Source: Bacteroidota bacterium | GTDB lineage: Bacteria > Bacteroidota > Bacteroidia > Chitinophagales > Chitinophagaceae | DNA: 64,000 nucleotides | Assembly (NCBI GenBank): GCA_041176305.1 | Contig: JBEDDG010000004.1 | Span: 5,452-69,451, forward strand | Direction: 5' to 3' | Part shown: piece after piece, positions 27,117-36,559 of the stretch | Layout: every line of letters begins with the position of its first letter | Numbering within the stretch: the stretch's first letter is position 1 | Notes under the pieces: model-generated | The model's database searches: none | What the model was told of the DNA's origin: nothing | What the model saw: the letters and a program-made list of their open reading frames with translations, nothing else | Position numbers and translations under genes: made by a program

Positions 27117-28310
27117 ATGCAGCTATCGTATGACCATTTAATCCAACAAGTAGAGGACTATGACCCTTCAATGTATCATGGAACCCGAAATTATACGAAT
27201 GGGGCGGTAACAGCTTGGTCTCCCTATATTTCTAGGGGTCTGCTGAGCCCAGTATTCATAATGGAGACCCTAAAAAGCAAGTATTCAAAACAAGCTTGGC
27301 TGGGTTTCATGCAACAAATGGCTTGGAGGGAATATTTCCAAAGGGTTTGGCAGGCAAAGGGCAATATGATTTTGCAGGATTTGAAAACACCTCAAACCAA
27401 TCAGGTACTGCCTCATTCGCCGAATGCAATCATAAGCGCAGCCACAGGGATCACTGCCATAGACAAAGCAATTCACCAACTGTATGAGCAGGGATATTTA
27501 CATAACCATTTACGAATGTATATTTCCATGTTACATGCTAATATATTTAAAGCCGCCTGGCTACCTGGTGCTAAGTGGATGTATGCACATTTATTGGATC
27601 ATGATCCTGCTGCTAATTTCTTAAGTTGGCAATGGGTAGCTGGCACTTCTAGTAGTAAACAATATGTAGCCAATCAAGAAAATATTAATAAGTACACCGG
27701 CACCAACCAGCGGCATACTTTTTTAGATACAGCTTACGAGAATCTGCCAACCGCACTCTTTGATGCCGCTGGTCAACTTAGATCTACATATAAGCAGGTT
27801 TGGATTGAACCAGTAGATCCAATAACAGCATTACAACAATTAGATAGTTTTGATTCAATTATACAATCTATAAAATTTGCAAGCTTTGATGTAAACAAAA
27901 TCAATACTAATTTACCTTATTGTATTTATAATAGCTTTAACCTAGACCCTTTATGGCATAAAAACGAACAGGTAAATCGAATTCTATTATTAGAGACGAG
28001 TCATTTTGAAACTTTTCCTGTCACACAAAATGTAATGCAGTTTATCATCGACCTTGCTTTTGAAAATATAAATGGCTTACAAATATTTGTAGGAAATTTT
28101 GAAGCATTGAAAAGCCTGCTAAATAAATTACACACAGATAAGCATGAAGCAGGAGTTGAATTGTCAAAGGCGATTTACTATAAAGAACACCCAACAACCC
28201 TTCATTACGAGGGGATACAGGAAGATAGGGATTGGCTGTTCCCGGAAGTCTCCGGGTATTTCCCCAGCTTTTTTGGCTATTGGAAAAAATGTGAAAAATA
28301 TTTGAAATAA
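27117..28310 (+). CDS. Photolyase-family protein with N-terminal FAD-binding domain (inverted domain order)
   Basis: SPYISRG, WREYFQ, TGI.AID, GYLHNHLRM, LLDHD.AANFLSWQWVAG in the first half; start ATG 27117. Confidence 0.8.
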   Translation: MQLSYDHLIQQVEDYDPSMYHGTRNYTNGAVTAWSPYISRGLLSPVFIMETLKSKYSKQAWLGFMQQMAWREYFQRVWQAKGNMILQDLKTPQTNQVLPHSPNAIISAATGITAIDKAIHQLYEQGYLHNHLRMYISMLHANIFKAAWLPGAKWMYAHLLDHDPAANFLSWQWVAGTSSSKQYVANQENINKYTGTNQRHTFLDTAYENLPTALFDAAGQLRSTYKQVWIEPVDPITALQQLDSFDSIIQSIKFASFDVNKINTNLPYCIYNSFNLDPLWHKNEQVNRILLLETSHFETFPVTQNVMQFIIDLAFENINGLQIFVGNFEALKSLLNKLHTDKHEAGVELSKAIYYKEHPTTLHYEGIQEDRDWLFPEVSGYFPSFFGYWKKCEKYLK

Positions 28311-28340
28311 AAAAGGTCCCGAAATTTCGGGACCTTTTTT
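28309..28340. terminator. Bidirectional intrinsic terminator
   Basis: AAAAAAGGTCCCG-AAATTT-CGGGACCTTTTTT. Confidence 0.85.
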
Positions 28341-28368
28341 ATTAATTCAAGCTGTTTGAAAAAAGACT

Positions 28369-30852
28369 TTACTTCTTTCTTTCAATGTCTTTATTCAATT
28401 CGTCTATATCTACTGATCTTTCTGTATGGTCTCCTAGTAAATATTTAGAAAAGTAATCGGCAGTTCTCCAGAACCAATATTCATTCATGTCACCAAAACC
28501 ATGCCTTTGTGTTGGCAAGATCAACATATCAAATCTTTTATTGGCTTTAATCAATGCATTCACAACGCGTAAAGTATTTGCTGGATGCACGTTATTATCT
28601 ATTTCACCATGGATCAATAATAATTTGCCTTTTAGGTTTTTAGCTAGGTCTGGATTTTTATCAATCATATAACTGAAAGAAGTATCGCCTTTCTCAGAAA
28701 TATTTTCTTTTACGCCATGGTGTTTTTCACTCCACCATCTGTTGTATACGCTATTGTCATGGTTGCCAGCATTGCTTACTGCTACTTTAAAAATGTCTGG
28801 ATAAACCAACATGGCAGCAGTGCTCATGAATCCACCACCACTATGACCGTGGATGCCTACTTTATTGCGGTCAATAAAATTAAATTTATCTGCTAATTGT
28901 TCAATGGTGGCTTTCTTGTCTGCTAATCCGTAATCTCTCAAATTACCATAGCCATAATTATGGTACCATTTACTGCGTGCAGGGTGGCCACCACGATTGC
29001 CCATTGTCACTACAACAAAACCTAGCTGTGCTAAACGATCGATGCGATCCATGCCTTTACTAAAGGTTTTGTTCACAGATTCTGTTTGAGGACCTGGGTA
29101 AACGTATTCGATAATTGGATACTTTTTTGTACTATCAAAGTCATAAGGCTTATACATCACACCATATAGGTCTGTAATGCCATCGTCCGCTTTTACCTTG
29201 AAAGTTTCTGGAAATTTATAACCAGCAGCAAAAAGACTTCTTAAATCAGTGGTTTCTAAATCCATTAATTTTTTTCCATCTGCACTATGCAAACTTGAAA
29301 CAGGTATTGTGTTGACCCTTGATGCGGTATTTACAAAATAGCTGTTATTGTCATTTAAACTTACACTATGATCAAAATTACCTGCATTCAACAATTGTAG
29401 TCCTGTTCCATCCAGGTTAATTTTATACAAATGCATATAGTATGGATCTTCTTTACCACCGCCAGCTAAATTTTCTCTTCCATTAGCAGTAAAGTAAACT
29501 ACTCTTTTGGCTTCATCCACACCAAGCACTTCTTCTACATGCCATGCGCCTTCTGTAATTTGATTTTTTAATTTTCCTTGACCATCATATAAATATAAAT
29601 GCGCCCATCCGTCCCTTTCGCTCCATTCAATTAATTCCGCACCATTTTTAATTAACTCCGGCTTTTTAATTTCAATCGAAGTATTCATTGATTCAGCCAC
29701 CACTACTTTCACTTCACCAGTGCTTGTATTCACAACACATTGATCAATCTTTTTCAAGTCACGACTTGTTCTCGCTAAATACAATTGCTCGTTGGTGCCC
29801 AACCAGATCATAGGTCTAAACTCATCATCTCTTGAATTTGCTGCGGCAGATTTATTCCACAGTGAAATATCTTGGTCTTTATATTGTGATACATTGATTT
29901 CTTTATGGGTGTAATTCATCATATCAACCAACATCAAATGATCTACTGGCGCCTCTTTTTCACCTGGCATCCAATACTTGTAGGTTTCAAGCGTTGGTCT
30001 AGGATCAGCAATACTATTGATCACCCATAGATCTTTCACTTTTCTGTTATCTACTTTTACGATAGCTAGTTGCTTGCTATTTTCACTCCAGTAGCCAAAT
30101 ACTGGCTTTCTTTTGTTTTTGTTTTTTTCAACATCCACATTGGTTTCTCCACCTCCACCAGCACCACCTTCGTTATGCCAGCTGAAATTTTGAATGCCGT
30201 CTTTAGTAATTTGAATTTCTACAATGCTGCTATCTTCTTCATTGATCAAAGCTTTTTCATAGTTTGCTTTGTCCATGTAGTATAAATTATAATTTCTTCC
30301 AAAGACTACCTTAGATTGATCTGGCGCCATATTCGCCCAACTTGGCTTTCTTTTTGGCTTCTTAAAATCAACTAATTCGTTAAGTTGAGCTGTATTTAAA
30401 TTGTATTCAAAATAAAATGTCTTTTTAATTTTTTCTGCCTTTCCGTCTTTTTTAGTAGCACCTGGTTTGTCTATATCAATAGTGCTTTTGATTTCAAACT
30501 GAATCCAATTTTCATCTTTTATGAATTTTAAAGAATCAATAGGAAGATGCTGGGCATCAAATGGATCTTTTACAATTTTAGTTAATGCAGCGGCCAATTG
30601 TTCTTTATTAAACATAGGCTTCTTTTCGTTTTTCATCGGATCAACGATCATCCATTGTTTTCCTTCACTGGTTTCATACACATACCAAAACTTATTGGAT
30701 TGCTTGAGCCAATGAGGGTCAACTGACAAAGAGAAGATCATTTTATCCAATTTCTTTGGAGAAAATCTTGCCGCTAGGTCATAGTTTGCCTTTTGTTGAC
30801 CAAAAAGAATAATAGGGAAAGCAAATAATGCTAGAAAAAATTGTTTACGCAT
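28369..30852 (-). CDS. S9B dipeptidyl peptidase IV-like peptidase
   Basis: Signal peptide; SERDGWAHLY; YPGP; GHSGGG nucleophile; HGEIDNNVH. Confidence 0.9.
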   Translation of the reverse strand: MRKQFFLALFAFPIILFGQQKANYDLAARFSPKKLDKMIFSLSVDPHWLKQSNKFWYVYETSEGKQWMIVDPMKNEKKPMFNKEQLAAALTKIVKDPFDAQHLPIDSLKFIKDENWIQFEIKSTIDIDKPGATKKDGKAEKIKKTFYFEYNLNTAQLNELVDFKKPKRKPSWANMAPDQSKVVFGRNYNLYYMDKANYEKALINEEDSSIVEIQITKDGIQNFSWHNEGGAGGGGETNVDVEKNKNKRKPVFGYWSENSKQLAIVKVDNRKVKDLWVINSIADPRPTLETYKYWMPGEKEAPVDHLMLVDMMNYTHKEINVSQYKDQDISLWNKSAAANSRDDEFRPMIWLGTNEQLYLARTSRDLKKIDQCVVNTSTGEVKVVVAESMNTSIEIKKPELIKNGAELIEWSERDGWAHLYLYDGQGKLKNQITEGAWHVEEVLGVDEAKRVVYFTANGRENLAGGGKEDPYYMHLYKINLDGTGLQLLNAGNFDHSVSLNDNNSYFVNTASRVNTIPVSSLHSADGKKLMDLETTDLRSLFAAGYKFPETFKVKADDGITDLYGVMYKPYDFDSTKKYPIIEYVYPGPQTESVNKTFSKGMDRIDRLAQLGFVVVTMGNRGGHPARSKWYHNYGYGNLRDYGLADKKATIEQLADKFNFIDRNKVGIHGHSGGGFMSTAAMLVYPDIFKVAVSNAGNHDNSVYNRWWSEKHHGVKENISEKGDTSFSYMIDKNPDLAKNLKGKLLLIHGEIDNNVHPANTLRVVNALIKANKRFDMLILPTQRHGFGDMNEYWFWRTADYFSKYLLGDHTERSVDIDELNKDIERKK

Positions 30853-30925
30853 AGCTAATAATTAAGTGTAGAAAATTACTTTATTTTTTTGAATTAAAAG
30901 CTAAATTGTGATGAATACAGCCCAC

Positions 30926-32458
30926 ATGAAAAAACAAATACTAGTAGCGCTATTGCTCCTGCAATTGATTATAACAAATGGCTTTGCACAAACGACCCAA
31001 CAGTTCAAACCTGCAAGTTTTGCTGATACGGAACGTAGGATCAAAGTAGAAGCTGCTATGCCCCTAGTTGAATCGTTGTATAAAGCTTATGCAACAAAGC
31101 ATCACTTTCCAGGGTATGCATTTGCAGTGGTGTTAGATGGTAAGGTTTTGTATCAAAAAGCGGAAGGTTGGGCAAATTTAGAAGACAAAATTCCTGCCAA
31201 TAATGAAACCATGTTTCGTATTGCATCTATGTCTAAAAGCTTTACTACCATGGCTATCCTTCAATTAAGGGATGCAGGTAAATTGACATTGGATGATCCT
31301 ATTGATCAATACATTCCAGCAATGAAAGGACAGGTCTTAACCAAGGATGGTGCCCCAATTACCATTCGTCATTTAATGGCACATCAAGCTGGATTTCCAG
31401 AAGATAATCCATGGGGTGACAGACAACTAGCTGATTCTGAAACAGACTTAATTGCCTTAATTGAAAAAGGACTTTCTTTTTCTAATTCTACCGGAGCACA
31501 TTACGAATACAGTAATCTTGGCTTTGCGATGTTGGGCTATATCATTCACAAGGTTTCTGGTTTGACTTATGATACTTATATCAAAAAGTCCATTTTAGAT
31601 CCATTAGGTATGCAGCATACCACTTACGAATACACAAGGATTCCAAAAGCCAATCTTGCCAAGGGTTATCGCACTATTAAAGGAGCCTGGGTCAATGTGC
31701 CATTACTGAAAGATGGTATTTATGGTGCAATGGGAGGTATGATCACTTCTATTGCTGATTTTGCAAAATATGTAGCCTTGCATCAAGCAGCATGGCCAGA
31801 AAGAAATGATCCGGAAAACAAGGTCATTAAAAGAAGTACGGTAAGAGAAATGCATCAGCCATATACTTTTATAGGGTTGAATCCTAATTATCAATTTCCG
31901 TCTGGAAAAAAATTAGCGACCACCACAAGTTATAGTTATGGTTTAAATTGGATGCATGATGCAGAAGGCAAAACAAGTGTAGGACATAGTGGCGGTTTGC
32001 CAGGCTTTGGAAGCAACTGGCGCTTCTTACCTGAATATGGCTTAGGTGTTATCTTTTTTGCGAACCACACGTATGCACCTACATCTACCATGAATTTAAT
32101 TGTGTTAGATACCTTAGTACAAATTGCCCAACTTCAGCCAAGACAAGTCACCGTATCACCTATACTAGCACAACGTCAAATGGAACTTGTTCAACTATTA
32201 CCCAATTGGGAGAAGCTTCCATCTATTTTTGCTGAAAACTTTTTTGATGACTATTTGATAGACGAATTAAAGGCAGAAGCAAAACAATTATTCGAAAAGG
32301 CTGGCCCTATTCAATCCGTAGGGAAGATGGTGGCAGAAAATCAATTAAGAGGCTACTGCATCTTGCAAGGCGAAAAACAAAATTTAAAATTAAGTTTTAC
32401 TTTGAGTCCTGAAAATCCTGCTTTGATTCAGGAATACCATTTAGAATTTTCAAAATAG
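30926..32458 (+). CDS. Serine hydrolase, beta-lactamase/S12 family
   Basis: FRIASMSK (SxxK), YEYSN (YxN), GHSGG; signal peptide from ATG 30926. Confidence 0.85.
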   Translation: MKKQILVALLLLQLIITNGFAQTTQQFKPASFADTERRIKVEAAMPLVESLYKAYATKHHFPGYAFAVVLDGKVLYQKAEGWANLEDKIPANNETMFRIASMSKSFTTMAILQLRDAGKLTLDDPIDQYIPAMKGQVLTKDGAPITIRHLMAHQAGFPEDNPWGDRQLADSETDLIALIEKGLSFSNSTGAHYEYSNLGFAMLGYIIHKVSGLTYDTYIKKSILDPLGMQHTTYEYTRIPKANLAKGYRTIKGAWVNVPLLKDGIYGAMGGMITSIADFAKYVALHQAAWPERNDPENKVIKRSTVREMHQPYTFIGLNPNYQFPSGKKLATTTSYSYGLNWMHDAEGKTSVGHSGGLPGFGSNWRFLPEYGLGVIFFANHTYAPTSTMNLIVLDTLVQIAQLQPRQVTVSPILAQRQMELVQLLPNWEKLPSIFAENFFDDYLIDELKAEAKQLFEKAGPIQSVGKMVAENQLRGYCILQGEKQNLKLSFTLSPENPALIQEYHLEFSK

Positions 32459-32491
32459 ACCACCCATTGCTAATAACATATTTAAGAAAGT

Positions 32492-33379
32492 TTGAAAATA
32501 CAAAACAAATGGATTGGCTATTTATTATGGAATAACCATTTTTATGGTTGGTGCATTGTGGCAATTTCTATAAGTTCAGGCTTGTATCTAACAGGCAAAA
32601 TACCCTCTATATTATTATTGGCAGCCTCATACATAGCTACTGTTATATATTATACAAATGCTTATTTCAACGAACTGCCAAATGAGCATAATCAAGCTAG
32701 GGCAATTTGGTATCAAACATATCATACCTATTTAAAAATAAGGCAGTGGGCATTAGCATTCATCTTGCTTATGCTTATGTTTTACGTTATAGTCAAACAT
32801 CCTGCCTTATTGAATCTACATTTTAAACAAATTGTTATTCTAATTGGTACCGTTGCTATAGCTGCACTCTACAATAATAGTAGTTTAAAAAAGAATGGGG
32901 TATTTAAATCTGTAGCGATTGCTTTTGTCTGGACTATAGTTGGGGGATATTTACCTGTATATTTTTTTCAATCCATAGAAACACCTACGCCACAGCCACA
33001 ATGGGTACTACTATTCTATTTGTTTCAATTGTTCCTTTTTATTTTACTACTTGCTATCTTATTTGATATTAAAGACATGAAAAGAGATAAACCCGATCAT
33101 ATTCAAACGATTCCTATCCAAATTGGTTTAGATCAAATCAATCAAAAAATAGTCATACCTATACTATTAAGTTATACCAGTATCGATATCCTGTTGTTAA
33201 GTAGTTTGCATTTTACAAGCTTCGCTTGGATGCTCCATTCAGTTTTTTATATAGCCATCTACAAAGCATCAACAGTGGCTATTAGAGAAAAAAGTATCTA
33301 CAAAAGTATTTTATGGATTGATGGTTTAATGATTCTTAGGGGAATCATTGATATCGTCTCCTGGTATTTGACACAATAA
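32492..33379 (+). CDS. UbiA prenyltransferase-like membrane protein
   Basis: Many TM helices; LFDIKDMKRD...IQTIP..IG Asp-rich motif; TTG start uncertain. Confidence 0.6.
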   Translation: MKIQNKWIGYLLWNNHFYGWCIVAISISSGLYLTGKIPSILLLAASYIATVIYYTNAYFNELPNEHNQARAIWYQTYHTYLKIRQWALAFILLMLMFYVIVKHPALLNLHFKQIVILIGTVAIAALYNNSSLKKNGVFKSVAIAFVWTIVGGYLPVYFFQSIETPTPQPQWVLLFYLFQLFLFILLLAILFDIKDMKRDKPDHIQTIPIQIGLDQINQKIVIPILLSYTSIDILLLSSLHFTSFAWMLHSVFYIAIYKASTVAIREKSIYKSILWIDGLMILRGIIDIVSWYLTQ

Positions 33380-33407
33380 AAAGCGCTAGCCCCCCGACTA
33401 GCGCTTT
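33380..33407. terminator. Intrinsic terminator between convergent genes
   Basis: AAAGCGCTAG-CCCCCCGA-CTAGCGCTTT. Confidence 0.7.
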
Positions 33408-33440
33408 ACTCACTCGCACCAAATTCAACTTAAAACATTT

Positions 33441-33872
33441 TTAATACATTGCTCTTTTTCTGCGTATCATTTCGTTGCGCATTTTATTCAGTAATTCTCT
33501 ATCTACTTTTAATGCTTGATTTACCCTGTCTTCTGATTTTAAGATAGGTGTTAAGTCCTTCTTATATTTTTTTCTAATCGCTAGTATTGACTCATGAAAA
33601 GCAATTTCGTCGTCTTTTTTTTCCTGCATTAAATTTTTACTCGCTTCTTTTTGCTCGTTATACACTGGCCAAAATTTTTCTGCTTCTTCAGGAGTCAGGT
33701 TCAATTTTTTAGTGATGAATTGAATTTTAAAAGATTCCATTTGTGCCCTTTGCGCTTTACTTATACGCTCCATAGGAGGAGGCATTTTTCCAGGTCGATG
33801 CATTGGTCTTTGTTGCGCAGCAGCGAACAAGATAGATAACATAAATCCAAAAAGAGCTAGTAATTTTTTCAT
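33441..33872 (-). CDS. Secreted Spy/CpxP-like helical protein
   Basis: Signal peptide; KIQFITKKLNLTPEEAEKFWPVY motif common downstream of Bacteroidota ECF/anti-sigma pairs. Confidence 0.65.
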   Translation of the reverse strand: MKKLLALFGFMLSILFAAAQQRPMHRPGKMPPPMERISKAQRAQMESFKIQFITKKLNLTPEEAEKFWPVYNEQKEASKNLMQEKKDDEIAFHESILAIRKKYKKDLTPILKSEDRVNQALKVDRELLNKMRNEMIRRKRAMY

Positions 33873-33964
33873 AGTATAATTGTTTATTTGATTGTTTATT
33901 TGCCGTCTAACTTTTTAAAATAAATCAGCAGACTTTTATTATGATTTAAAATTTCACAAACCGT

Positions 33965-34372
33965 TTAATTATTATTCAATTGAACTGAAGTTTCTAAAGT
34001 TTCAATGGCTGTTGTGTAATCTACTTCTGCCACTAATTCATTTTCGTTTACATATATTTCAATTGTTTCATCTGGTAGTGCTTCAATTTGAACCAATGCC
34101 TCTTTCCTTATAGACGCTTCATTAGAGGACTTGTCGAATAAAAGAGCACCAGCCACAATGGCAAAAAGTAAACTTGCTGCTACTAAGTATTGTTTAGTCG
34201 GCCTTCCTATAAAAAAGAGCGTTGCTTTTTTAGGTGTATTTTTTTCAGCCTGAATCTTGCGCATTAAATCCTGCTCAAACTGATCAAAATACCCCTCAGG
34301 CACTTGATTCGTTTTGGTTTGAAAGTCCTTTAACGCAGCTTCTAATTCTTTTGAAATCATTTCGTTTTCCAT
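33965..34372 (-). CDS. Putative single-pass anti-sigma factor
   Basis: VPEGYFDQF cytoplasmic motif; one TM helix (LVAASLLFAIVAGALL); directly downstream of ECF sigma. Confidence 0.65.
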   Translation of the reverse strand: MENEMISKELEAALKDFQTKTNQVPEGYFDQFEQDLMRKIQAEKNTPKKATLFFIGRPTKQYLVAASLLFAIVAGALLFDKSSNEASIRKEALVQIEALPDETIEIYVNENELVAEVDYTTAIETLETSVQLNNN

Positions 34373-34380
34373 GCTATAAT

Positions 34381-34408
34381 TTAGACCTCCAAGGAGGTCA
34401 AAGGTTTA
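34381..34408 (-). promoter_or_regulatory. ECF-type promoter upstream of anti-sigma
   Basis: Minus strand TAAACC-TTTGACCTCCTTGGAG-GTCTAA (16-nt spacer). Confidence 0.7.
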
Positions 34409-34945
34409 ATCAAGTTGTAACATTTCAGTCATTTTTTTGACTGCTTGGTGATAATTTGCTTTAGCCCCACCAACAGTTGTCCCTGTAATGGAGGCAATCT
34501 TTTCGTAATCAAAAGCCTCATAATACCTTAACATAAACACAAAACGTTGTTTTTCAGGTAATTCCGAAATTGCACGTTCAAGTTTAATCTGAATGGCAGA
34601 GGCTTTAAGTTCAATTTGACTGGATGGGTGCTCCAAAGAGCTATCTGATTGATTTTGAGCAAGCTGTCCCTGTAGTCGTTTTTTTTGAGCAATAAAATTT
34701 AATGTTTCATTGTATGCCACCCTAAAAAGCCAGGTACTAAAGGTACTCTCTTGCTTAAATCCATCTAATTTATGCCAAACTTTGATCCAAACAGCCTGCG
34801 CAATATCATCTGCATCGGCATGTTCCAGCACCATTTTCTTGATTTGAAAAAATACAGTTTCACGATGTCTTTTTAACAACTGAGTAAAGGCGGCTTCTTT
34901 AGCATCGCCATTTTGAAATTGTATAATGAGCGCTTGGTCTGTCAT
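34406..34945 (-). CDS. ECF RNA polymerase sigma factor
   Basis: Region 2 (DADDIAQAVWIKVW...FSTWLFRVAYN) and region 4 (LPEKQRFVFMLRYYE...IA...GGAKANYH); start ATG 34945. Confidence 0.9.
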   Translation of the reverse strand: MTDQALIIQFQNGDAKEAAFTQLLKRHRETVFFQIKKMVLEHADADDIAQAVWIKVWHKLDGFKQESTFSTWLFRVAYNETLNFIAQKKRLQGQLAQNQSDSSLEHPSSQIELKASAIQIKLERAISELPEKQRFVFMLRYYEAFDYEKIASITGTTVGGAKANYHQAVKKMTEMLQLD

Positions 34946-34956
34946 GTGTGCTGAAG

Positions 34957-34984
34957 TTAGACCATTAAACAATCAAAAAGTTTA
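34957..34984 (-). promoter_or_regulatory. ECF-type promoter upstream of the sigma gene (autoregulatory)
   Basis: Minus strand TAAACT-TTTTGATTGTTTAATG-GTCTAA (16-nt spacer). Confidence 0.7.
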
Positions 34985-34987
34985 AAG

Positions 34988-36559
34988 CTATAGCTTAATG
35001 ATTGTTTTTACATGCTGGTTCACGCCATTTTGAATTCTAATATAATACACCCCAGCTTGTAGCGCAGCTCCAGACAAAGTAACGCTATTCATCCCTGCGT
35101 AACTAAAAACACGATCTACTAAAATTCGAATCACCGCACCCGTTGTGTCAAGTAATTGAACTAAAGTATGCCCTCCATCTGTTTTAAATTCAACTCTAGT
35201 TTGATTGTTAAATGGATTAGGGTAAGCTACAATATTGGCGTTTTTTTCAAAAACAGGATTTTCCATGGCTACGGCACAAGCACTTGCATTTATTAAATTC
35301 AAACTTGGAAAATCCTTTAACATGATCTGTTTATTATCTGCTTCATTTACACAAAACCAGTATTTTAAAATACTATTGTATACCGTTCTGAAATCGTGCT
35401 GGTAAGGTACATTATCACTCACGGTAACTGAACTTGGGATCGTTGGGTTTTCTCCAAATACGCCGCCTCTTACATTTTTTCCAAATAAAAATAAAGGAGC
35501 AGCTGCACCATGATCGGTACCGCCACTAGCATTGGATTTAATTCTTCTTCCAAATTCAGAATAAGTCATGCCAATTACCCTGTCTTCTATAGCTTGATTT
35601 TTAATATCGTTTTGAAAAGCGCCAATCGCTTCAGAAACGGCACCTAATAAATTAGCATGTGTACCTGTTATCGTATCTGTGGCTACAACTTGTCCTGCAT
35701 GGGTGTCAAAGCCACCATAGTTAACTAAGTAAATTTTAGTTTTCAATCCGCCTTTGATTAATCTAGCGACAATTTTTAGCTGGTTGGCTAAACTTGTATT
35801 TGGGTAAGTCGTTTGTTGCGACACCGCATCCGAGGCGGCTTTTATTCGGGTTGCATATTTGTTTGTTTGTTTTGAAATTCTTCTTATAAAGCTTAATTCA
35901 TATCCTGCATTGGTATTAGGCACCGCTTGATCTGCATTTTCTAATAAATTATAAAATGCATTGGGATCCGAAATGCTCATACCCATATTCACCATCGGGC
36001 CTTGACAAGTGAGCGAAGTAATGGAGCCAATTTGAATGGCCAATGGATCTGTATCCTTTTCATTCGGATAGTTATCTGGGTAGCCAGGATAGTTTGCATC
36101 TAAAAATCTGCCCACCCATCCCGTATTAATATATTCATTGCTATCAGACCCACTCATCCAAATATCAGTCGCTCTAAAGTGAGAGAAATTAGGTTGAGGA
36201 TAACCAACTGACTGTACAATGTCTAATTGACCATCATTAAAAAGCCTTTGCATTGCTGTCATAGAGGGATGCAAACCTGTAGCATTAAATCCATTTAAAC
36301 CAAGAATCTTTTTTTCAGGGATTGCGATATTTGTTCTAGCGGTATAATATTTATCATATTGATCAATGGGCAATACCGTATTCAACCCATCGTTGCCTCC
36401 ATTTAATTGAATAATCACCAATACCCTGTCATTGTTTACTGCTTCCAAAGCTTTGGTATCAATAACTGCGTGATGATCCAATATATGAATGGGATTACCA
36501 CTTATAACCGTAGGCGTAAGTATTGCTAGACTATTACGTAAAAAAGTACTTCTCTTCAT
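34988..36559 (-). CDS. DUF1501 family protein with C-terminal T9SS sorting domain
   Basis: LNGGNDGLN, SHFRATDIW, GGFDTH, SEFGRR, GTDHG; C-terminal AYPNPF...GVYYIRI...KTIIKL. Confidence 0.85.
   Translation of the reverse strand: MKRSTFLRNSLAILTPTVISGNPIHILDHHAVIDTKALEAVNNDRVLVIIQLNGGNDGLNTVLPIDQYDKYYTARTNIAIPEKKILGLNGFNATGLHPSMTAMQRLFNDGQLDIVQSVGYPQPNFSHFRATDIWMSGSDSNEYINTGWVGRFLDANYPGYPDNYPNEKDTDPLAIQIGSITSLTCQGPMVNMGMSISDPNAFYNLLENADQAVPNTNAGYELSFIRRISKQTNKYATRIKAASDAVSQQTTYPNTSLANQLKIVARLIKGGLKTKIYLVNYGGFDTHAGQVVATDTITGTHANLLGAVSEAIGAFQNDIKNQAIEDRVIGMTYSEFGRRIKSNASGGTDHGAAAPLFLFGKNVRGGVFGENPTIPSSVTVSDNVPYQHDFRTVYNSILKYWFCVNEADNKQIMLKDFPSLNLINASACAVAMENPVFEKNANIVAYPNPFNNQTRVEFKTDGGHTLVQLLDTTGAVIRILVDRVFSYAGMNSVTLSGAALQAGVYYIRIQNGVNQHVKTIIKL

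Noticed and set aside
33879-33902. 12-bp tandem duplication ATTGTTTATTTG x2
   Set aside because: Two copies of low-complexity A-rich leader sequence typical of Bacteroidota translation initiation regions
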